Shown: positions 52,579-64,000 of the stretch, one piece after another
How the letters are laid out: each line of letters starts with the position of its first letter
Position numbering within the stretch: position 1 is the first letter of the stretch
Source of the DNA: Geosiphon pyriformis uo1
Lineage: Eukaryota > Fungi > Glomeromycota
Reading direction: 5' to 3'
Assembly (NCBI GenBank): GCA_016748015.1
Contig: JAAOMT010000749.1
Coordinates: forward strand, 35,023 to 99,022
Length of the DNA: 64,000 bases
The notes under the pieces: model-generated
What the model saw: the letters and a program-made list of their open reading frames with translations, nothing else
Told to the model about the DNA's origin: nothing
Database searches by the model: none
Program-made: the position numbers and the translations under genes

Positions 52579-53902
52579 CACTCGGCGGAAAAAGTCATAG
52601 GACACTTGACATTTTTATTATTTTGTGTTCCATGAATGATTAAAATATCTATAAAAATTTATTTATAACTATATTAGCTATCTATAAATAATAAGGAATG
52701 TATTAAAATAACAATTATTAATCAAAACAAAGATATAATTAACAATATTTAATTCGCGTTTTTTTTATCAACGTAAAATTTTTCGGGATTTTTTTTGATA
52801 AACATGAATATTCAAAAATCCAAAGTTCAAAGGAAAGAATTAAATGATTTTGAGCGTACTAGAATTATTATTCTTTCAGAAGAAGGAAAATCTGTACGTA
52901 AAAATATCAGAACAACTTAATTATCCTAAATCAAATATTCAAAACATACTTTCTCATTATAAAAAAACCAATACTATTGAATCCACACCCAAAAGTGGTA
53001 GACCTTCTTTTCTTAATAAAAAAAACTACTAAAATTTTACAAAAAACAATTAAGAAGAATCCAAAAAGTACTTTCAAAAAAATTTAAGAAGATTTCAATA
53101 AGAAAAATCTTAAGTTTCAACAAAAACTATCAGTACTTCCTTACACAAGATTGGTCTTTGCTCAAGAATTGCTGCAAAAAAACCATTATTAACTCAAATC
53201 CAACAAGAAAATCGACTTAATTGGTGTATTGAACATTCTTTTTGGACAATTAAAGAATGGAATGAAGTTATTTGGAGTGATGAATCAAGATTTTGTCATT
53301 TTTCTGATGGACCTCAAAAAGTATGGAGAGAAAAAGGAACAAGATTTAATAAAAAAAATTTATCACCAACTGTAAAGCATTGTGGAGGAGGAATTATGGT
53401 TTGGAGATGTTTTTGTGGAACTGGATTAGGTCCTTTAATTTTAGTAGAAGGCATATTAAATCGGTTTGGATATATTGATCTTTTACAAAAACATTTATTA
53501 TCATGGATTAATTATAATTATTTATTTCAACAAGATAATGCCACAATTCATACAGTTAAAGATGTTAAGACTTGGATGGCTCAAAAACATTTCAATTTAC
53601 TTTCTAAATGGCCAGCACAATCACTCGATTTGAATCCAAAAGAGCATTATGGGATTATTTACAAAAACAACTCAAAAAACGAAATCTGCGCCCCGAAAAT
53701 AATCACAAATTATTCCTCGCGTTACAAGAAGAATGGCAAGCAATTCCACGAAATATCTATATAAATTTGGTTACTAGTGTATCTAGACGTATTGAAAAAT
53801 GTATTAGAAAGGAGGGTGGACCAACTAATTATTAAGTATTAAATAAAATAAAAAGTTTTTAAAAAAATAATAAAGTGTCCTATGACTTTTTTCCGTCGAG
53901 TG
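52579..53902 (+). mobile_element. Tc1-like DNA transposon with a frameshifted DDE transposase
   Basis: TIRs CACTCGGCGGAAAAAGTCATAGGACACTT / CACTCGACGGAAAAAAGTCATAGGACACTT with TA on both flanks. Motifs SGRP, IWSDES, MVWRCF, FQQDNA, WPAQSLDLNP, GGPTNY. Confidence 0.93.
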
Positions 53903-54673
53903 TACTTCATCTCAATATCTCAATACACATTAATATGAAGGCTTTACCAAAAACAAATGCATTTATAGTACATGCGTATTTAAAAAGTCAAACTCAAAAT
54001 ATCTGGCTTTAAGTCATATAATAAGATACTATTAGTTTGATCAATGAACTGCAAAAGGTTTTTTCTGATAATCTTTTTGACTAGCTGATTTTACTTTAAT
54101 TTAACAGTTAAGTCTAAAATAAAACTGCCATTTAGTTTGCTCTTTTTAGAACTGAAATAAGACTTTTAAGGGCTAAATCCTAAAATCTTTGTATTGAAAT
54201 AAAAAAAATATCTATAAATTTTTGAACAGTTGCAAATTTATGATTTGTTTTTGAGTAAAGTTTTTATTAAAGCTTTAATTCATTATCTTTTGGTTTAATT
54301 TGTTATTTATTTTCTCAGAATAATTCCTTATGGATAAATAAATATTTCAAAAAAATTCGACTGAAAAATAATTTGGAATAAAAATTATGATACATAAATT
54401 ATTTAATACTTTTCAATTTTACTTTTTTGTCATTAATTTTTTTCAAAATATTAAAATAAATCTAAAGGTGTTTTTGTCTTAATTTCAATTTTTATAAATT
54501 AGTAAACAATTATGCCAATGAATTATAAATTTGGAATTAAACTTAAATATGCAAAGCATATTAAAATTGTATTTTTAATAAAAGTATAATTTAAAAACAA
54601 TATATGTCACAATTTTTAAAACTTTGAAAAGATGAAAAGTATAAAAAAATCTGAAGTATTATTAATCAGTATA

Positions 54674-55916
54674 CAGTCTGGTAAGAAAAAAATTGGAAAA
54701 ATATGAATCTACTAAGATTGCGTTTGGTTTAACCATTTTTGGTAAGTTTTGTGATGGTAAAAATGGAAACAGAATATTAGGTAAGTGGCTGAGCTCTAAA
54801 AACATATTCTCGCGTATTAACTAATAGTTTTTTTTAAAACTTGTCTTTGAAATGCCGACTTCAAAGCAAGAAACGCAACGGCAAGTCGTATTACATTTTT
54901 GGAAGCAAGGAATACGAAAGGCGAAAGAGATACAGAATAAAATGAATATACCCCTTTCTACGATCTATAATATTCTCGAAAAACTCAAAAAAAAGGAACA
55001 ATAAAGCATGCGAGTGGTAATGGTCGGCCAAGAAAAATTACGGGAAATTCTTCGAAAGTATTAGGGTAGATTATTCGTAGAGATTCCTCAGTTTCGCCTA
55101 GATATTTAGCAATAAAGTTGGCTAAGAAGGGAATAAATGTTTCTCATGTTACTATTCAAAAGCATTTATCCAACCTTAATTATAAAAAAAGTCTTCCTAG
55201 AGCAACTCCAATGCTGACCGAAGAGCATAAGCGAAAACGTGTAGAATGGGCTAAAAAACACCTGAACGATGATTGGAAAAGAACAGTTTTTACTGACGAA
55301 ACATCTTTTCAACTTTTTCAAAACACGATAAAACGTTGGCATAAAGGTACTCGACCAATTCGTCCCATGCCTAAGATCGAACAAAAATTCTCGCGTGGGG
55401 GGGGGGGGGGGGGGGGGTTTCTACGAAAAAGGAAAGACTAGTTTATTCTGTTTTGTTCATATAATGAATGCTCAATTTATATAGATATTCTTCGTAACCA
55501 CTTACCTGAAATTAGAGCAATGCTGGGGGATAATTGGCGATTCCAACAAGATAATGACCCCAAGCATACTAGCAAGCTTGCCAAAGAGTTTATTGCTGAG
55601 AATACAACTGATTTGTTGGGGTCATCTAATAGTCCCGACCTAAACCCAATAGAAAACCTTTGGGCTATTGTTAAAAAGAATGTAGAAAAAAGAATGCCTC
55701 AAAATCGTAGTGAATTAGAGAGATTTATGGGGGAAGAGTGGCAAGATATTCCTGAATCTACCTTAATTGGGTTAGTAGGATCAATAAGGAAAGAATTTTC
55801 TATTAATTTTTTTTATGGTATTTGACTTTTTAATAATAGTTGTTTTATGTAATTTGGTACATTGGTTAAGACATAGTAATTATTTTTATATTTCCAATTT
55901 TTTTCTTACCAGACTG
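54674..55916 (+). mobile_element. Tc1-like DNA transposon (second family) with a disrupted transposase
   Basis: TIRs CAGTCTGGTAAGAAAAAAATTGGAAA at both ends with TA flanks. Transposase starts at 54852 with GRPRK, VFTDET, FQQDNDPKH and SPDLNPIENLW. It carries stops, frameshifts and an expanded poly-G run near 55397-55417. Confidence 0.93.
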
Positions 55917-57521
55917 TATTCAAAAAGATTTTCAGTTTTTGCAAAATAAATGAGAATAAAAATCATTTTTCTCAATAATTTTAAGAATTTGGTCAAATAT
56001 GATACAAAAACGATTTTTTTTAGTATACCTAATAAACCTGTTGAACAAACCTAGAAGTTTTGACAACTCTAATAATTATAACTATATTTTTTAATTTTAA
56101 AAAATGTGTCGAAAGGTTAAAACCTGTCAAAATATCAAAAACCTAACAAAATATTAATAGTAAAAATTTATAAAGTTTATTACTTTATATAAAGAATACA
56201 ATAGAATTTTAAAAAAAAAATTAATTTCATATACAATTGGATGTATTTTTTATACCAATACACATGGAACTATTATATAGAATTTAAAAATATCTTATAT
56301 TTTGCAAATATATTCTTAATATACATTATAGCTTTCTGTATTTATTTATTGCTTATGTAATCTATAATTTCTAATATATTCTAAGGAAATACCAAATGGA
56401 AATTTTATATTTTTATAAATCTTTAATATACATTCTACTATATGAAATTCCGAATATATGATAATTACTAATTTAAAGAAGATGAATTTTTCTTAAGCAA
56501 AATTCAATATAAAAACATAGATTAATTAGTAAAACCAAAGATAAAAATATGGATTAAAGTTTACTAGTCAACATTATATGAAAATTTAATTTTAAAATAT
56601 AGATAATATAGGGAAAACTAAAGATACAATTCAATATTCTATTTCATCTAAGTTTTAATCAAATAAAAACCAATGTATTAACCAATTAGAAAAAAGAATT
56701 TCATGTTTTATTAACATGCTTTTGACATTTTAACAGAGCTTTTCAGTGTTTCCATAGTTTTACGTTTTAACAAGATTTCTCGATATTGCTAGAGGTTTTC
56801 CTTTACGCAAAATAGTAAAATCCTTTCGCCAATGACGAACCCCTTTTTCGTTTGCCAAGAGGTTTTTCTGACAGCTCTCATACCTAATCAGATTCCTAAA
56901 AAATTTTAATTATATTAAAAATCTTTGGAGTAACTTAATAATTGAATATAATTAAATTAATATTTTTTTAATTTGATACGATTTCTCATTAATCTTTAAT
57001 TCTAATGAGTGTAAATTTTGTAGTTCAAATATTTTAAATAGAATTGCAAAAAATAATGTACGAAGAAATTCAAAGTATTTTCTCATTCCAATCTGGTGCT
57101 TTTTTAAAAGAACACTGTTCAGATCAAACTACCTTAAAAGACCTTACAGCATTAAGAAAATTTGTTTATTTGGCCTTTATTGTATTAGGCTCTAAAGTTT
57201 CCTGAATCACAAGAATAAATCAAATAATAAATTCCTTTTTAGAATTTTAAAACTACAATGTTCAAGCCTCATTGGCAACTCAAGAGGATAAATCTGGTTA
57301 TTAAGTTAAAAAAATAACTTTTTAGGACATCAGAAGACCAAGAAATAAAGGAATTGAATAATAATAATAATATTTATTGAATCAAAAATTTAATACAAAA
57401 TAAAGGGCTGTACAATTGATAATCTTCATATATTTTTCAGGTTCTAAACAACTTCCAGTTTAGAAATTTAGCTTTAAATGTGGAAAAATCATCGAGTCTT
57501 ACAAAATAATAGACAGCTTGC

Positions 57522-58737
57522 TTAAAAATTATCCTGGAGAATTAACGTCTTGTACAAATGAAATTGATTTTTGATATCATTCCATTGTTTCTTAACCATT
57601 GTGCCTTTCATTCGAGAAATTCCAAATATTGTGGTTTCGAATACGGGTTTGTACTTTTCCATGATTTCAGTGGTCACATTGAGCTGTTCAGCCCAAAACT
57701 GATCGAGAAGGTCTAATTCAACCGTAATAAGTTTTAATTTTTCGGTGATACATTCGATGCGTGCATTTATACGGTTTATTTGCAATCTCCTCAATTCATC
57801 TTCAGATAATTTAGCTTTTTCTCCATTAATTATACTCGATATGGTTGTACCAATCATAGCACCAGCTGAGCTGACGCCAAGAGCTCCTATGACAGCAAGG
57901 GAGGCACCACCAGTAAAAGGTGCGGCAACTATAGCAACCCCTGTTCCAATTCCCGTTCCCACAGCAGCCCATGTTGTAGTAGCCTGGTTTTTCCGAAGAA
58001 CTTGAGCGTCTTGTTCCAAGGCATCTTCGACATCCTTTTGGTCACCAAGATCCACAGTAAATTCAACCACTAGTGGAAATTTTTTTGATTTTGAGTATTG
58101 ATTATTTTTCGAAAAAACTCTTGAAAATATTTTTTATAGAAAAAAGCTTACCTTGACTGGATATATTTTTAAGCTCAACGAGAATATTACAGAAAGCTCC
58201 TTTTGAGACTGATGCGCTAATCTTATTTTCTACTGCGACTTCTGCTAAAGATTTCATTGCTTCCATGAAATCTTCTCCGCTGACAGCCTCATCAATTAGT
58301 ATATCGATGTATCTAAGAAATGTGAATTCAAACTTTAAATTGCCATATAAAAGAAATTTAATACGAAATGTAAAGTATACGTACTCCATGAAATCGAAAG
58401 CGTATTTTGCCATTTTGAGGCTAGCTTCTCCATTTTCACGAGTCAACTGTCGAAAATGACGGCCATGTTCAACCAGAGCTCCCACTTGGGTTTCAAAAAA
58501 GGTTCCATTAACGTCCAAAGCGGCACACTGCTGAAACTGTTCTAACGCTTGCTTGAAAGATTTACCAAGTAGATCTAGGTCTGGCAAGACAGGCTTTCGA
58601 AACTCATTCAAGCTCACTGAGGAAACTTTAGGTAGTTCTGAGTGGGAATGCTGAATAAATAAAAATCACGCATAAGACGCAAAGTTTTTAATTGTATTAT
58701 GCCAGTCAAAAATCGAAAAAGTTCTTACCGTGACCAT
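57522..58737 (-). CDS. All-helical protein with a central Gly/Ala-rich hydrophobic hairpin, candidate alpha-pore-forming-toxin-like; 4 exons (58737-58729, 58650-58385, 58312-58152, 58069-57522; 327 aa)
   Basis: Spliced ORF of 984 nt including a 9-nt first exon. Heptad-rich helices flank WAAVGTGIGTGVAIVAAPFTGGASLAVIGALGVSSAGAMIG. No signal peptide. The function call is inference. Confidence 0.7.
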
Positions 58738-60149
58738 GATGAGATATATGATAAAAGCTTGAGCTTTTCAGGGTAAAAGCGTTGGGGAATCGTGGGAAGT
58801 TTAAATGGCGGAGTCCCGGACCAATTTTAAATATCTGTTTCTAAAGGGCGATCATTGGTCTAAGGGTTACACTGCCTTTGCAGAAAGAATTCCCTATTCA
58901 ATTTTAGATGTAATTGTCAGCTCCCTATTTTTAACAATTGTCATTTTTTAAATTCTTTTAACAGGTATCCATTTGTAAATTGTGCATGATGATCTAACTT
59001 ATTATCCAAAAGAGGTAATACAACAATGGTGCGAAATTTTTTAAATTTTCAATAGCCTACCTTATATTTTTGAGTGGTGCGTCCCTCCTAAAGCAAAATA
59101 AAAATTGATGTTTGCAAAGAGAAGATTCTGTGACTTTCACATTTTCGAAACACTACATTAAAAAATCAACTATCTGTTATACAGAGTAACAAGATTTCAA
59201 ATTCAAAAAATTGTGAACCAATTTCATTCATCGCATATACAAATATTTTTTGGATGAAATTAAAACCTTTTCATCGTGCTCTGTATCATCAGCACATTAT
59301 AATTAGTATTTGAAAACTTTCCACGACTTTAATGTGATAATAAAATGAGAGTTTTTTAAATTTCAAATTAAAAAATTTCTTTTATTCTAATATTCAACTT
59401 CCTCAAAAGTCAAAGTTTCTTTACATTATGAATTTATGTACTAAATTGTAATTTCAAGCTACGATATCAACTACTATATAGAGTTTTGCAATTTAACATT
59501 CTTAGATTAATGAATTTCTCATAATTTTCTGCATCGTTGATCAAGAAACATCGCTAACTCCCGTTTAAAATATAAGTCTTGGATATTCAATTCCTATTAA
59601 TAAGAGAAAAATCAGAGCTAAATTGGTGTATATCTACTTGAATTTTACGAATTTGGAGTTGGAGAAAATTACAGTCTAATAGTGTCAACGAGACTTTCTC
59701 TTGGATTTAGCTCATTATTTAGTCTATTTCCTCATCTTTTTAAAGAAATCTTTGAATTTTTACATGAATCTGAAGGACTTGCAATAAACATGTGGTAGAA
59801 TTGAAGGGAAAATTGATTTTGTAATTTTTATTGATCCAAAATCTAATTGATAGTCAAAAGGACTTTTACGAAGGTAGGATCAAAAAAGTCACCTTTGTTT
59901 TAGAAATCAAAAGTATTCAAAACCTCACTTTTTGACACCAAGATCCCTACTTTGGGATTGGTATTTTTATCTGAAAATGTTACCAATCATATCGAAAGGA
60001 CCTATTTACAATAATTATTCATTAGAAAATTTGCTTTAATCTCTAGAACATATATTTAATTATCTGCAAGATAGATTAAAATAGACATTTTAATCTATTT
60101 TGTTGCAAAATTCTATCATGAAATGATCTTTTTATTTTTATTTTCTTTG

Positions 60150-60900
60150 GAACATTATTATAAATAATTTTTCTTGGTCTATCAATTGCGAATTAATTGA
60201 TTTCAAATAAAACAAAAATCAGAATTAAAGTTGAAAAAACCACGCTTTAAAGCAGAAATTTTAAAATCAACAAAATGTTTTCAATTTAATTCAGGTCTGG
60301 TGAATTCGCCCGCCAGTAATTTTATTTTCCGTTAACCATTTATCGATTTTTCCCACAGTATGAATAGCGCATCATCTTGCGTAGTTTCCAGTTAACACCT
60401 TGATTGCCCTCTGAAATGGTTATTAAGATTTCAAGATAAGTGTTTGCGTTTTTTTTTTCACCATTTTTTGTATTCATTACAAAATGCTAATAGTCCTTTT
60501 AATCCTCGCAAAACACCCCAACCCATTATGAATTTTTGTTTACTTTTGAAAGTAGACATTAAGCAATTAGTCTTAAATTTTTCTTCAGTCTGCTGCCAAA
60601 CTTTTAATGGTCGGAATTGCTTCCCAATTTCCATACTCGTCTCATCAGAAAAGATAACTTTTCCTCAATTGCAAGTGGTTTAATTTTGATCTTCCTTTGG
60701 TACAAAAGTTATATAAAGGAAATATTACCGAAACCACATATGACGCAATACTAATATTTGAATTTTTATCGAGAGTTATTAACCTTTAGCAGATTTATCA
60801 ATTTACGGGAGGTCACTAAAATTTTGTGAAATAATTAAAGTTATTTGCAGCAATTTTATACAAATACCATCTATCATAATTTTTAGCAGAAAAACTATTC
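60150..60900 (-). mobile_element. Degraded Tc1-like transposon relic
   Basis: Minus-strand remnants KVIFSDETS (~60650), MGWG (~60520), QDDA (~60375) and WRANSPDLN*IEN (~60300). No TIRs resolved; boundaries approximate. Confidence 0.7.
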
Positions 60901-61439
60901 TCTAATCTATTCGAGAATATTTCAATTCTAGGAAAAAAGAAGGATACCTATTAATTGGTTATAAAAATCTAACGCAACGACAAATCAATTGTCTTTCGCT
61001 CGTTTCCGATTTAATAATGTTTTTTATATTTCATATTTAGGGCTTAGGCGATTGGAAGTGAATATGGAAGTGTTGCACGAAACACAAGGGCAAAAAGCAA
61101 AATGAACTCTCGTACCTATGCAGTAAGCTTATAGCCTTATTATGATTATGAGGCATGCGATTAAATCACTCAAAAAAATGTATTCTGGCTTTATTTTCGT
61201 TATTAAATCGCTTAAAAAAAATAATGTTTGCAAAAGAAAAAAACACTCTAATGCATTACCATCACCGAGAGACGCTAAGAGCAAATCGATCACTCATAAA
61301 CCCGCATAATTTAGTTGACGCAAACCTTTGTTCATCATCGAGCTTCACAAGTTCTGCAGATGCAAAATCCTCCGCAGCCCGCTTATCGTATTCAAGAACA
61401 ATATCAAGCTCAATTCTTAACCCTTCCCAAAGAAGGTTT

Positions 61440-62810
61440 TCATAACGAGCTAAATTTGTGATCTGCAATAACTGTGGAAGAATCCGAAGGCTCAAGATCA
61501 AAGGCACTCGCATTAAGTTTTTGATTTTTTAAATTGTTGAACTCTTCTTCGTCTTTAAGAAAATTTGGGACTTTCTGATGTTTTGGTTTTTTCAGCTGTT
61601 GGATTAAGAAAAATATTTTGTGCAATATATTGCTGAGAAGAAGAACGGCGCTGAGAATTAGAGTGATTAGAGGAATGATATCCCACGTTACAACATTTTT
61701 CCGATACAAGACCTGAAAGAAAATGAAACCAATTGAATTTCAATTTCAAATCGAAAAAAGATTTTAGTTAGTCAAATTTACGTACCTGCACAAGAAATTG
61801 CGGAATTGCCTTCATAACTAAACCCAGAACGCTTCCCCATAAAATCCAAGTTTTAGTAGTTTCAGAATACGAAGCACTGAAAAAATTGAGACCAGCAAAT
61901 CTTGAACTGAGAATACTAAGCGCCTCAATATCGATTGCAGCTAGTAGCTGTCTCTTATACACATCTATATTAAAATGAGATTCCCATGTTGTGATGAAAA
62001 AGGCTAGTCCAAAATTTATACCTAGCGTTGATGCAAGGATTGCCACGCTAAAGATTTAGATGACGAGAAAAATCATTTAATAAAATGAATGATAATCATT
62101 AGAGTAATATCAACAAAATACCTCGGAATATAAAGCCATTTTACATCCTTTCCATTTTTAACAATAAACAAAACCTCAAAACAAAATGCAATATGATAAA
62201 GAAAAGTCTTAATATTGCTGTATTGGCTCCCTAAAATAAAATTTATGAGAGGTTAAAGAATGAAAAGGCCTGAAAATATAATTCGATATATATTAGGATC
62301 GAGTTACCTCGGTATAGATACGATTGGCAAGTAAAACTGCTACTATTAACCCAACAATTATTGAAATTTATAAATTTCCCATGTATTCGCTGAAAACATT
62401 AGGATTTAAAATTATTAAAGATTTTTAGGATATTAGCAGTAAAAGATAAAGTTCATTCCTAAATTTACTTACGATTAAGGTGAAATCCAAAAGTTTCATC
62501 TAAACAATTAGAGGGATATGTTTTAGAGATAAAAGTGATGAATTTTTTAGTCACAAGTGTGTCCAAGTCATTGGCAATAATTTTCACTGAGCTCTCCGAA
62601 GACTCGTCAGGTAAAATTTAAATTATAGAACAATTCTTATTGAGGAAACGAATTGATATTGTTGTTTATAACTTGGTATTAAGCGTGTATTATCGATAGG
62701 GATAATGGTGGATAAATTTGATTTCAAATGGTTTTAATTTTTGTGCTTTTCTGTCTTCATATTTGTTTGTGCATTCGGTAGTGGGACGAAGCAGCCCAGT
62801 AAGGAAATCT
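61440..62810 (-). pseudogene. Frameshifted C-terminal (juxtamembrane plus multi-TM) half of an uncharacterised Glomeromycotina-type membrane protein gene
   Basis: Five exon-like blocks with GT..AG borders give FLTGLLR, IANDLDTLVTKK..LDETFGF, NTWEIYKF, LFIVKNGKDVKWLYIPS, AAIDIEALSILSSRFAG..IPQFLVQ and WDIIPLITLILS. The first three blocks carry several frameshifts. No 5' half is seen upstream on this strand. Confidence 0.65.
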
Positions 62811-63742
62811 GTAATTTTTACTACTTTAAGTACATTTCTGTTGAAACATGCATGGATTTCAGATTTACTATAAAATATTAAGATGTGGAGATGTATTTTT
62901 CTAGATGAGATAAAATTATCAAACCTTTAAGACATCCCATTTAATATAACATGTCATTTTTTCTTGATCTTACATGCCAGTAAATATTTTTTGTGGTTGC
63001 TAAAAATTTGTGGTCTTCCAAAACATGATGAATTTTCAGTTTTTCCTGTTCTTTGGTAGTGGATAATAAAGCGCCGTATTTTGGTGGGTCACGTCCAAGC
63101 ATTTTTGCGATTTTAGCAGCATTTATGGTTTCCATATATGCCGAAATCTTCTCATTGTCAATTTGTTTAGTTTTTTATGAGTGGGTGTCATTTTTTACAT
63201 AGCAATGTTAATGTAAAAAGTAAACATATGTCAAATTTATTTGTCAAAAAGTGACAAAACTTGATATCTTTGATTTTTGAAATGGTTGCTTTTCGGTTTC
63301 AAAAAGAAAATGGCCCTGATTTTGTCACATGATGTCATTTTTTTTAAAATGGAGCTTAATGAGATTTCTTTCCCTTGCACAAAATGGCCATCTATAGATT
63401 TATTTCCAACTTTTCATGCACCTATTTTCATTAACCCCATTACAAGGATTTTACGTAGTTTTATAAAAATTTTTATAGATAATATATGGGAATATCGAAT
63501 ACATTTGTGAACAATAAAAAATGCCATCAAAAACCTTTGATTTGAAGAATATTTTGTATGTTTTAATTAGTTTTTTCGATTGATAAAGGCCTATTCAATT
63601 GATATCGTTTTAGGTATTGAGGTATTATTGACTTTGTTTGATACTAATGCTAATGTTTTCAAAATGACTATTGGATTCTTTACAATGCTGAAATTTTGAT
63701 TGATGGATGGCTTCTAAAAGTTTATTTTAAGCCTTTAAAACT

Positions 63743-63988
63743 TCAAAGAAGAAAGTTATATTTCTCTTTTGTTCGATCAATACGTTTTTTTAAGCTCCTC
63801 AATGCATTAGCATTCAAGAAATAATCACTCAACACCGCTTCTAACTCTTGTATCCTATGTTCTAATCGTTCAACCCGCTCTTGTGGTGTGTAGCTAAGAT
63901 TTGCCGATTCCACAATTGATGTCACAAATGGCATATTGTTTATGTCAGCGTGTGGCGCTACTTCTGATTTTGAAACTCGATGCATCAA
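63743..63988 (-). other. Possible 3' exon or gene relic at the window edge (coiled-coil-like)
   Basis: 81-aa ORF with a protein-like heptad segment (ERVERLEHRIQELEAVL). No family recognised. Confidence 0.3.
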
Positions 63989-64000
63989 ACCCCTGTTTAA

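Noticed and set aside
62941-63135. 64-aa minus-strand ORF upstream of the TM pseudogene as the possible missing exon
   Set aside because: Its sequence does not resemble the expected family segment and no family was recognised.

Overview
This is an AT-rich eukaryotic window with short GT-AG introns, so the ORF track shows mostly exon fragments. I spliced the genes by hand from GT..AG boundaries, reading frame and motif continuity. Gene content points to an early-diverging fungus, probably Glomeromycotina (inference): Sel1-repeat genes, many Tc1/pogo relics, expanded lipase-3 genes and an uncharacterised secreted/multi-TM family. Geosiphon is a guess based on my recollection that it has a lipase-3 expansion. 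Genes found: (1) a two-intron homologue of the bacterial arsenate-resistance MFS exporter ArsJ; (2) four divergent class-3 lipase-fold genes, three with the catalytic Ser replaced by Gly; (3) two Sel1-repeat genes; (4) a ZIP zinc/iron permease; (5) a GDSL esterase; (6) a GH5 exo-beta-1,3-glucanase; (7) a SMYD methyltransferase; (8) a membrane protein with a His/Pro/Gln octarepeat tail; (9) a candidate alpha-helical pore-forming-toxin-like protein; (10) several orphan secreted or membrane proteins. There are also two oppositely oriented halves of what may once have been one receptor-like gene. Mobile DNA comprises one pogo/Tigger-like and two Tc1-like elements with intact TIRs and TA target duplications, plus three degraded Tc1 relics. 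I recognised no rRNA, tRNA or CRISPR array.
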